In this document: positions 25,103-32,000 of the stretch, in pieces
Numbering within the stretch: position 1 is the stretch's first letter
Layout of the letters: each line of letters begins with the position of its first letter
Assembly: GCF_004376175.1 (NCBI RefSeq)
Contig: NZ_SNUY01000031.1
Span: forward strand, 1 to 32,000
From: Halalkalibacterium halodurans
GTDB taxonomy: Bacteria > Bacillota > Bacilli > Bacillales > Bacillaceae_D
Direction: 5' to 3'
Length of the DNA stretch: 32,000 nt
Program-made: the position numbers and the translations under genes
Notes under the pieces: generated by a model
Told to the model about the DNA's origin: nothing
What the model saw: the letters and a program-made list of their open reading frames with translations, nothing else
Database searches by the model: none

Positions 25103-25378
25103 ATGCAACAAAACCAGCAAGCCCAACAAGCGGCACAACAAGCAGAACAAGCGATTCAACAGGCGCAACAAGCCATCCAGCAAGCAACACAACAAGCAAA
25201 TCCTCAAGCGATTCAGCAAGCACAGCAACAGTTAAACCAAGCCGCTCAGCTCGTACAGCAAGCGCAAACAAGCGCACAACCTGCCCAACAGCAACAATTT
25301 CAGCAGGTTCAGCAACTGTTACAACAGGCGACACAACAGCTAACCCAAGCGCAACAACAGCAACAAAGCCAACAATAA
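25103..25378 (+). CDS. Gln/Ala-rich 91-aa low-complexity protein with heptad-like periodicity
   Basis: GGAGG at 25088-25092 lies 10 nt before the ATG. An intrinsic terminator follows immediately. The protein is mostly Gln and Ala by eye, with I/L/V/F recurring about every 7 residues (QAIQQAQ QAIQQAT ...). Confidence 0.7.
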   Translation: MQQNQQAQQAAQQAEQAIQQAQQAIQQATQQANPQAIQQAQQQLNQAAQLVQQAQTSAQPAQQQQFQQVQQLLQQATQQLTQAQQQQQSQQ

Positions 25379-25391
25379 CGTTTGTTTGACA

Positions 25392-25425
25392 AGAAAGGGA
25401 CCATTCACTGGCCCTTTCTTTTTTT
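25392..25425 (+). terminator. Intrinsic terminator after the Q-rich gene
   Basis: agaaaggg...ccctttct stem followed by a T7 run (25419-25425). Confidence 0.8.
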
Positions 25426-25744
25426 AACCTGTTTAACTAGGCTAAAGAACCTCTTTCCCCACAGACTACATACACCACGTTCAGTGGGAAGGAAAAGAGA
25501 CCTCTTACTGAATGAAATTTTACTTTGAGATGTAAGTCAAGAATGAAATAATGATCATTGCGAGAGTGATTGAAAAGCTATTGCAATACAGGTCAAACAG
25601 GTCTTAATCAGGAAAGACGTCCTCTTTTTTACAATTTTATCGTATAGAACCTTAAGTCAGCGACAAACTAAGGTTGTCATAAAAATTTCCAGTACGATAT
25701 GTACATCATTTCATGTACGTAAAAACAGATTGGAGGAAAGCGGA

Positions 25745-27880
25745 GTGGACAAAGACCAACAAGGAACCGAATCATCTGAAAATAAGAAGAATGAACAGCT
25801 AGAACCATTCAAGGTGGATCACAAAAACACGAAGCTCACAACGAATCAAGGGGTGAGGGTATCTGACACGGACGATTCCCTTAAAGCAGGGGATCGAGGC
25901 CCTACCTTAATGGAAGACTTCCATTTTAGGGAAAAAATGACTCATTTTGATCATGAACGGATTCCTGAGCGTGTCGTTCATGCGCGAGGTTTCGGTGCCC
26001 ACGGCTACTTTCAAGTGTATGAGCCAATGACCGAATATACGAAAGCATCATTTTTACAGGACCCTAATGTAAAGACACCGGTGTTTGTCCGTTTTTCTAC
26101 AGTGGTCGGTTCGCGCGGGTCAGCCGATACGGTTCGTGACGTAAGGGGATTTGCGACGAAGTTTTACACAGAGGACGGAAACTATGACCTAGTAGCAAAC
26201 AACATCCCGATCTTTTTTATTCAGGACGCTATTAAGTTCCCAGATGTGGTTCACGCCTTAAAACCTGAACCGCACAATGAAATCCCGCAAGCTTCTGCAG
26301 CACACGACACGTTCTGGGATTTTGTCGTTAGCAACACAGAAACCGCTCATATGATTATGTGGCTCCTTTCAGACAGAGCAATCCCGCGCAGCTTTCGAAT
26401 GATGGAAGGGTTTGGCGTCAACACGTTCCGGTTCGTGAACGACCAAGGGAAGGCCCGATTCGTAAAATTCCATTGGAAGCCGAAGCTCGGAGTTCATTCG
26501 CTCGTTTGGGATGAAGCGCAAAAGCTTGCCGGGAAAGATCCTGACTTCCATCGTCGCGATTTGTGGGAAGCGATTAACATGGGAGAATACCCTGAATACG
26601 AGTTAGGCGTGCAAATGATTGAGGAAGAAGATGAGTTTTCGTTTGATTTCGATATCCTTGATCCGACGAAGTTTTGGCCAGAGGAAATGGTTCCGGTAAA
26701 GCTTATCGGGAAAATGACATTGAATCGAAATCAGGACAATTTCTTCGCCGAAACCGAACAAGTCGCATTTCATGCAGGGAATGTCGTCCCAGGGATTGAT
26801 TTCAGCAATGACCCGCTCTTACAAGGTCGGCTTTTCTCTTATCTTGACACCCAACTGCTTCGCTTAAGTGGTCCGAACTTTCACGAAATCCCGATCAATC
26901 GACCAATTGCCCCTGTCAACAACAACCAGCGAGATGGATTCCATCGGATGACGATTGACAAGGGGGCTGTTAGCTACTCGCCAAATACGCTTCGCAATAA
27001 CTCGCCTGAACCAGCATCGGATCAAGAACACGGATACGTTCATTATATGGAAAAGGTCGAAGGACAAAAAATTCGCAGGCGCAGTGAGAGCTTTAACGAT
27101 CATTTCAGCCAAGCCACTTTGTTTTGGAACAGTTTGTCGACAGCGGAAAAACAACACCTGATCAAGGCGTTCCATTTTGAAGTCGGAAGTGTAAAGGATA
27201 AAAACCTCAAACAACGTGTTGTTGAGATGTTTAATCAAGTCGATGGAAAGTTAGCGGCAGAGATCGCGAAAGGAATCGGTGTCAACCCTCCGACCACACC
27301 TGGGGGAACGGGAGTAACAGCGTCATCTCCAGCCGTCAGTCAAGAAAATACGATCAAACTGGCAAGAACGCGAAAAGTGGCCGTTCTAATTGATCATGGC
27401 TTTGCTTTCGACGAGGTGTCACAAGTAGTCACTGCGCTACAATCCGCTGGTCTCGGAGTAGATCTCGTGAGTAAGCAGTTAGGGATGATTTCCAGCGATG
27501 AAGGGGAGCAACTAGAAGCAAACAAAAGCTTCGCCACTACCGGTGCCATCATGTACGACGCACTTTACATCGGCGGTGGTGCCCAATCCATTAGTAGCCT
27601 CAATTTGTACAGTGAATCGAAAACCTTTGTTGATGAAGCATTTAAACATGCGAAAACAATCGGAGCTACAAATGAAGGCATTGAACTACTAATAGCTGCA
27701 CAAGTTCAAGGAATTACATTCGCAGGTCCTGATTCGAACGGTCATGTTGTGAACGACCTAGGGATCATTACGATTCAAACAGATAAAGATTTTAAGCCAT
27801 TTAGCGATGAAATGATCCATGCCATTGCCCAGCACCGCCATTGGATGCGGGAATTTAAGGATGGCAAATTGTCCGGTTAA
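25745..27880 (+). CDS. katE: Large-subunit (HPII/KatE-type) monofunctional heme catalase with a C-terminal DJ-1/PfpI-like domain
   Basis: FDHERIPERVVHARG, VRFSTV and RLFSYLDTQ catalase motifs plus a C-terminal flavodoxin/DJ-1-like domain of about 150 aa. The GTG at 25745 lies 8 nt after GGAGG. The ORF-track start is TTG 25730. Confidence 0.95.
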   Translation: MDKDQQGTESSENKKNEQLEPFKVDHKNTKLTTNQGVRVSDTDDSLKAGDRGPTLMEDFHFREKMTHFDHERIPERVVHARGFGAHGYFQVYEPMTEYTKASFLQDPNVKTPVFVRFSTVVGSRGSADTVRDVRGFATKFYTEDGNYDLVANNIPIFFIQDAIKFPDVVHALKPEPHNEIPQASAAHDTFWDFVVSNTETAHMIMWLLSDRAIPRSFRMMEGFGVNTFRFVNDQGKARFVKFHWKPKLGVHSLVWDEAQKLAGKDPDFHRRDLWEAINMGEYPEYELGVQMIEEEDEFSFDFDILDPTKFWPEEMVPVKLIGKMTLNRNQDNFFAETEQVAFHAGNVVPGIDFSNDPLLQGRLFSYLDTQLLRLSGPNFHEIPINRPIAPVNNNQRDGFHRMTIDKGAVSYSPNTLRNNSPEPASDQEHGYVHYMEKVEGQKIRRRSESFNDHFSQATLFWNSLSTAEKQHLIKAFHFEVGSVKDKNLKQRVVEMFNQVDGKLAAEIAKGIGVNPPTTPGGTGVTASSPAVSQENTIKLARTRKVAVLIDHGFAFDEVSQVVTALQSAGLGVDLVSKQLGMISSDEGEQLEANKSFATTGAIMYDALYIGGGAQSISSLNLYSESKTFVDEAFKHAKTIGATNEGIELLIAAQVQGITFAGPDSNGHVVNDLGIITIQTDKDFKPFSDEMIHAIAQHRHWMREFKDGKLSG

Positions 27881-27892
27881 GCGGTAAGACGA

Positions 27893-27930
27893 ACGCCCCT
27901 TTCATTAAGTTGCGAGGGGTGTTTACATTT
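27893..27930 (+). terminator. Hairpin terminator after katE
   Basis: acgcccct (27893-27900) pairs with aggggtgt (27915-27922), then a T-rich stretch. Confidence 0.55.
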
Positions 27931-27961
27931 AACAAAAAAACGTAAATCATCTAAATTTTTG

Positions 27962-27991
27962 TTGACACCTCTAACTTAAAGCGCTTACAAT
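27962..27991 (+). promoter_or_regulatory. SigA-type promoter of the hut operon
   Basis: TTGACA (27962-27967), 18-nt spacer, TACAAT (27986-27991), about 35 nt upstream of hutP. Confidence 0.5.
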
Positions 27992-28026
27992 AAAAGCAGT
28001 TATTAGTTATTAGAGGTGGAACCTTC

Positions 28027-28470
28027 TTGTCCAAACATAAAAGTCATCGCATCGGTCAGCTCGCGATTTTACTAGCGGTCAGTGAAGAACCTGGCATTGT
28101 TGAAGCGAGCATTCTGTCATCAGACTATCAATCTTGTATCGGTCGAGTTGGGTCCATGGAGTCAAATAAGATTGTTGCTGCGATTGAGACGGCAGCGAAG
28201 AAAAATGGATTCATCCGTGAAGGGGTTTACCGAGAAGCCCATGCCTTGTACCACGCAATTATCGAAGCATTGCACGGAGTCACAAGGGGGCAAGTCCAAT
28301 TAGGTTCATTTCAGCGAACGGTTGGATTACGGTTCGCCATTGTCCGCGGCAAGCCTTACAAGGAGGAAGCCGAAGGAGAGTGGATCGCGGTTGCCCTTTA
28401 TGGAACAATCGGTGCTCCGATCAAAGGTCAAGAGCATGAAACAATTGGATTAGGCATCAACCATATTTAA
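28027..28470 (+). CDS. hutP: HutP, RNA-binding antiterminator of the hut operon
   Basis: 147 aa with a TTG start after agaggtgga. Size, position as the first gene before hutH, and the conserved core ...[19 protein letters not shown]...GLRFAIVRG fit HutP. Confidence 0.9.
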   Translation: MSKHKSHRIGQLAILLAVSEEPGIVEASILSSDYQSCIGRVGSMESNKIVAAIETAAKKNGFIREGVYREAHALYHAIIEALHGVTRGQVQLGSFQRTVGLRFAIVRGKPYKEEAEGEWIAVALYGTIGAPIKGQEHETIGLGINHI

Positions 28471-28479
28471 TTTGCCCAG

Positions 28480-28544
28480 AGTGATTAGACATGAGGGGGC
28501 TATATCTAAGGATCTTGATGATTCTTTGGTATAGCCCCTTTTTG
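28480..28544 (+). promoter_or_regulatory. HutP binding site (three NAG triplets with 4-nt spacers) abutting the hutP-hutH terminator
   Basis: GAG (28480-82) - ugau - UAG (28487-89) - acau - GAG (28494-96), immediately followed by stem ggggctata (28497-28505) / tatagcccc (28531-28539) and a T5 run (28540-44). Confidence 0.65.
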
Positions 28545-28582
28545 TGTCTAAACAAGGGCATAAGTGGAGGAAGGTGACGAAC

Positions 28583-30109
28583 TTGAAGTTGTTAGATGGA
28601 CGCTCCTTATCCCTTCATGATTTGCATCGAATCATTTATGAAGGTGAGACGGTAGGAGCTTCAGATGAAAGTATGGAGAAGGTAAAACAGAGTCGAAAAG
28701 CAGTTGAACAAATCGTCGCAGACGAAAAAATTATTTATGGGATTACGACCGGGTTTGGGAAGTTTAGCGATATTTTCATCGATCCAGACGATGTGGAGAA
28801 TTTGCAGCACAACTTGATCTATTCTCATGCTTGCGGTGTAGGGCCCCCGTTCCCAGAAACAGTAAGCCGAACCATGCTCGTTCTTCGGGCCAATGCCCTA
28901 CTAAAAGGATTTTCTGGCGTAAGGCCCCTTGTGATTGAACGACTTCTCGCCCTTGTGAATGCAAATATTCATCCCGTTATTCCCCAGCAAGGGTCACTTG
29001 GAGCGAGCGGTGATTTAGCCCCGTTGTCTCACTTAGCCCTCGTACTCCTAGGAGAAGGAGAAGTGTTTTACAAAGGCACGAAAACGAAGGCAAGCTTCGC
29101 CTTAAAGGAAGAAGAGATTGAGCCGATTACGTTAACTGCAAAAGAGGGGCTCGCCTTGATCAATGGGACACAAGCGATGACAGCAATGGGGGTGATTGCT
29201 TATTTGGAAGCGGAGAAGCTGGCCTTTCAATCGGAAATCATCGCCTCTTTAACAATGGAAGGATTACGTGGCATCATCGACGCCTTTGATGAACAAATTC
29301 ATTTCGCTCGCGGCTATATCGAGCAAGTCGACGTCGCTCGAAGGATGGAGTCCTATCTTCAAGACAGTCAATTAACGACTAGGCAAGGAGAGCTCCAAGT
29401 CCAGGATGCGTACTCGCTGCGTTGCATCCCCCAAGTCCATGGTGCCACGTGGCAAACGTTGCGCTATGTGAAGGAAAAGCTAGAAATTGAGATGAATGCA
29501 GCGACCGACAATCCATTAATCTTTGATAATGGTCAAAAAGTGATCTCTGGCGGAAATTTTCATGGGCAGCCAATTGCCTTGGCCATGGACTTTTTAGGAA
29601 TCGCCATGGCTGAGCTTGCCAATATTTCCGAGCGCCGTATCGAGCGTTTAGTGAACCCTCAATTAAATGACTTGCCGCCATTTTTAAGTGCGGCACCTGG
29701 CGTTCAGTCAGGGGTCATGATCTTGCAATATTGTGCGGCTTCACTTGTCTCTGAAAACAAGACGTTAGCCCATCCAGCAAGCGTCGATTCGATCCCATCC
29801 TCTGCTAATCAAGAAGACCATGTCAGCATGGGGACGATCGGATCTCGTCACGCTTATCAAATCATCCAAAATGTCCGTAACGTTCTTGCGATTGAATTGA
29901 TTTGTGCCATGCAGGCGGTTGACATTCGCGGCCGGGAAAAGATGGCTAGTTTCACGAAAAACATACTAGAAAAAGGAAGAGAGCATGTTCCTTATATTGA
30001 TCAGGATCGAATGTTTGCCAAAGATATTGAACGCGCTGCTAAATGGCTGAAGGATGGCAGTTGGGATTTCACAAAAATGCGTGAAAAGGAAAGGACCAAT
30101 CACTACTAA
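28583..30109 (+). CDS. hutH: Histidine ammonia-lyase
   Basis: MIO-forming motif [17 protein letters not shown] and full-length colinearity with HutH. The likely start is TTG 28583 ([11 protein letters not shown]), with GTG 28574 as an alternative. The ORF-track start is 28544. Confidence 0.95.
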   Translation: MKLLDGRSLSLHDLHRIIYEGETVGASDESMEKVKQSRKAVEQIVADEKIIYGITTGFGKFSDIFIDPDDVENLQHNLIYSHACGVGPPFPETVSRTMLVLRANALLKGFSGVRPLVIERLLALVNANIHPVIPQQGSLGASGDLAPLSHLALVLLGEGEVFYKGTKTKASFALKEEEIEPITLTAKEGLALINGTQAMTAMGVIAYLEAEKLAFQSEIIASLTMEGLRGIIDAFDEQIHFARGYIEQVDVARRMESYLQDSQLTTRQGELQVQDAYSLRCIPQVHGATWQTLRYVKEKLEIEMNAATDNPLIFDNGQKVISGGNFHGQPIALAMDFLGIAMAELANISERRIERLVNPQLNDLPPFLSAAPGVQSGVMILQYCAASLVSENKTLAHPASVDSIPSSANQEDHVSMGTIGSRHAYQIIQNVRNVLAIELICAMQAVDIRGREKMASFTKNILEKGREHVPYIDQDRMFAKDIERAAKWLKDGSWDFTKMREKERTNHY

Positions 30110-30122
30110 AAGGGAGGCTTTG

Positions 30123-30707
30123 ATGATGGTAAAGGAAACAAAACGTATGATCCAAGCAAAGAAAGGTATAGAGCTAGAATGCAAAGGCTGGGAACAAGAA
30201 GCGGTGTTACGGATGCTGTACAACAATTTGGACCCTGAAGTAGCGGAAAAACCTGACGAGTTAATTGTTTATGGTGGGATTGGAAAAGCCGCTCGCAACT
30301 GGGCTGCCTTCGAAGCGATCGTCGAGCAGCTACGAACGTTAGAGAAGGATGAGACCCTTTTGATTCAATCTGGTAAACCAGTTGGGCGGTTCAAAACCCA
30401 TGAGCAGGCGCCGCGCGTCTTGTTATCAAATTCTGTTCTAGTGCCAAAGTGGGCCCATTGGGAGCATTTCAATGAGCTTGAGAAACAAGGGCTTATGATG
30501 TACGGACAAATGACGGCAGGAAGCTGGATCTATATCGGGTCGCAAGGGATATTACAAGGGACGTATGAGACGTTTGCTGAACTGGCGAGACAACACTTCG
30601 GGGGAAGTTTAAAAGGAACGCTCACGTTAACAGCAGGACTTGGAGGCATGGGTGGGGCTCAGCCGCTTGCTGTTACGATGAATGGAGGCGTCGGTAAAAA
30701 GGTATGA
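30123..30707 (+). pseudogene. hutU: Urocanate hydratase, 5' fragment only (194 of about 550 codons)
   Basis: SD agggagg lies 5 nt before the ATG at 30123. The sequence is colinear with B. subtilis HutU ([28 protein letters not shown]...[19 protein letters not shown]), then diverges to GKKV-stop. Confidence 0.85.
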
Positions 30708-30737
30708 TGTTGGAAATGACAGCGGGAGGTATCCAGT

Positions 30738-31874
30738 TTGCGGATCATACTAGTAGATGATGAGCCCTTAGCTCTAGCATACTTGGAAAAACTTTTAGTT
30801 GAAATTGGCGGTCTCACCATCATTGGATCCTATACAAACCCAAATCAAGCGATTCAATCGGTGATCCAACACAAACCTGACCTCATTTTTCTTGACATCA
30901 ACTTACCTGACATCAACGGTATTGACTTCGCCGAACAGGTGCAATCTATCCTGCCCGAGGTCCATATCGTTTTTATTACCGCCTATGATGAATATGCTGT
31001 TAAAGCTTTTGAGCTTAACGCAATTGACTATGTGATGAAGCCTGTGCAGCGAGATCGCTTAAACCGTACCATTAACCGGATAACCGATCGCAAAACGGTT
31101 GAACCGCTTAGGTCACAGACGGACTCGAAGATCATCAGCTGCTTTCAAACCTTGCATTTTCAAAAGGGGTCTGAAATAGGAAAAGCTGAGCCAATTGATG
31201 TAAATTGGCGGACAGCAAAAGCTCGAGAATTATTCGCTTATCTTGTGCAACATCGAAAACAACCTGTACGAAAAGATGTACTGCTCGAATTTTTCTGGCC
31301 TGAGTCAGATGTAAAAAAAGGATACGCTCAACTTTACTCAGCGATTTATCAAATTCGTAAAATGTTGGACTCCTTGCAAATGAATAGTACAGTCGTCAGC
31401 TTTGATAAAAGCTACAAGCTCCATCTTAATGGAACGAAGCTTGATGTAGAAGAATGGGAGAGAGAGCTTAGACAACTACCGAACATCACGGAAGATACAT
31501 TGCCAAGCTATCGAAGACTATTGGAAACGTATAAAGGTGATTATTTAGCGGAGGAAGCGTATCTATGGGCAGAAAATGAGCGAGAGCGCTTGCGTACACT
31601 CTATCATTCCACGTTTAATAAAGTTACAACTTACTACTTGGAGTGCGGGGACTATACGGATGCTATCACCCTTTGCCAGCGTGTACAAACGCTGCATCCA
31701 CTTATGGAAACGAGCTACTTTTTATTAATGCAAGTATACGCCAAAATGGGGGATAATCACTCGGTGAAATCGCAATATGAAAAGCTCAATCACGTATTAG
31801 AAGCAGAATATGGCATTCATACGAGTGATAGCATTGAAAACTGGTATAACGAATGGAAAAAGCAACTACAATAG
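30738..31874 (+). CDS. Response regulator with receiver domain plus winged-helix/BTAD (bacterial transcriptional activator) domain
   Basis: TTG start 8 nt after gggagg. Receiver motifs ILVDDE, DLIFLDINLPDINGI and KPV. The C-terminal part (ARELFAYLV...VRKDVLLEFFWPE...YKGDYL...ERERL) is typical of SARP/BTAD regulators. No cognate kinase is seen in the window. Confidence 0.85.
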   Translation: MRIILVDDEPLALAYLEKLLVEIGGLTIIGSYTNPNQAIQSVIQHKPDLIFLDINLPDINGIDFAEQVQSILPEVHIVFITAYDEYAVKAFELNAIDYVMKPVQRDRLNRTINRITDRKTVEPLRSQTDSKIISCFQTLHFQKGSEIGKAEPIDVNWRTAKARELFAYLVQHRKQPVRKDVLLEFFWPESDVKKGYAQLYSAIYQIRKMLDSLQMNSTVVSFDKSYKLHLNGTKLDVEEWERELRQLPNITEDTLPSYRRLLETYKGDYLAEEAYLWAENERERLRTLYHSTFNKVTTYYLECGDYTDAITLCQRVQTLHPLMETSYFLLMQVYAKMGDNHSVKSQYEKLNHVLEAEYGIHTSDSIENWYNEWKKQLQ

Positions 31875-31883
31875 TTATAAAAA

Positions 31884-31916
31884 GTCCTTTCCCACAAAGG
31901 GAAAAGGGCCTTTTTT
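31884..31916 (+). terminator. Intrinsic terminator after the regulator gene
   Basis: cctttccc (31886-31893) pairs with gggaaaagg (31899-31907), followed by a T6 run (31911-31916). Confidence 0.7.
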
Positions 31917-32000
31917 ATTGAGACGATTTATGACACCTGCTTTAGCCTGCGTATTGCTCACATTTTGCAACAGACATTCCTTCACTTGTCTCTCCCCATA

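Noticed and set aside
25033-25389. 118-aa Ser/Thr-rich ORF (+) and 97-aa ORF (25041-25334, -) overlapping the Q-rich gene
   Set aside because: These are frame-shifted readings of the same CAA/GCA-rich low-complexity DNA. Only the Gln/Ala frame has a properly spaced GGAGG and an ATG.
25431-25460. GTTTAA at 25431-25436 as a possible SigB -35 element for katE
   Set aside because: No GGGTAT-like -10 element lies 12-15 nt downstream, and the site is about 300 bp from the start codon.
30054-30122. ORF-track start of the hutU frame at 30054
   Set aside because: This extension overlaps the hutH 3' end and lacks an SD. Homology to HutU and a strong SD support the ATG at 30123.
1-32000. Search by eye for CRISPR arrays, IS/transposase or integrase genes, tRNA/rRNA genes, and defence or toxin-antitoxin modules
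   Set aside because: I saw no regularly spaced direct repeats beyond the 2-copy 11-mer at 9358-9379. No ORF carries transposase, recombinase, nuclease-helicase or typical toxin motifs, and there are no cloverleaf-capable segments. Absence was judged by eye and should be confirmed with tRNAscan, Infernal, ISfinder and defence-system HMM searches.

Overview
The window looks like a chromosomal segment from an endospore-forming Bacillaceae-type Firmicute. That placement rests on gene content: hutP/hutH, a YjcZ-like micro-protein, YetF/DUF421 paralogues, a YIEGIA pair, strong GGAGG ribosome-binding sites and many intrinsic terminators. I support about 30 intact CDSs. In order they are: mgtE behind a structured leader; an APH-like kinase and a PhzF-family gene; a class II aldolase and Zn-dehydrogenase operon; a DagK-family lipid kinase; an alkaline-phosphatase-superfamily protein; a UgtP-like glycosyltransferase; a TetR-MFS-azoreductase operon; a GNAT; a DUF4363 / YetF / K+ channel / YetF cluster; YjbR; XdhC; the YIEGIA pair; a molybdo-hydroxylase large subunit; a Gln/Ala-rich small protein; a large-subunit catalase; hutP-hutH; and a receiver-BTAD regulator. 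I found no rRNA, tRNA, CRISPR array, transposase, integrase or recognisable defence genes, and no obvious novel system, so none is claimed. The strongest signals are these. (1) Gene lesions are unusually dense: hutU is cut off at about codon 190 and abuts an unrelated regulator, the FAD subunit of the hydroxylase has an internal deletion, its 2Fe-2S subunit is frameshifted on an A7 run, and an AraC fragment is fused to a PhzF fragment that carries an A9 frameshift. (2) A K+ channel is sandwiched between two YetF/DUF421 genes next to a DUF4363 lipoprotein. (3) A 91-aa Gln/Ala-rich, heptad-patterned ORF has its own SD and terminator. (4) A stop-poor, strand-skewed 200-bp non-coding block after mgtE may encode a structured minus-strand RNA. 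(5) The mgtE leader carries three AAGGAGG-like segments competing for one CUUCCUU segment. (6) A perfect 11-bp tandem duplication sits between the divergent phosphatase-family and glycolipid-synthase genes. All functional calls come from motif recognition by eye; no database search was run.
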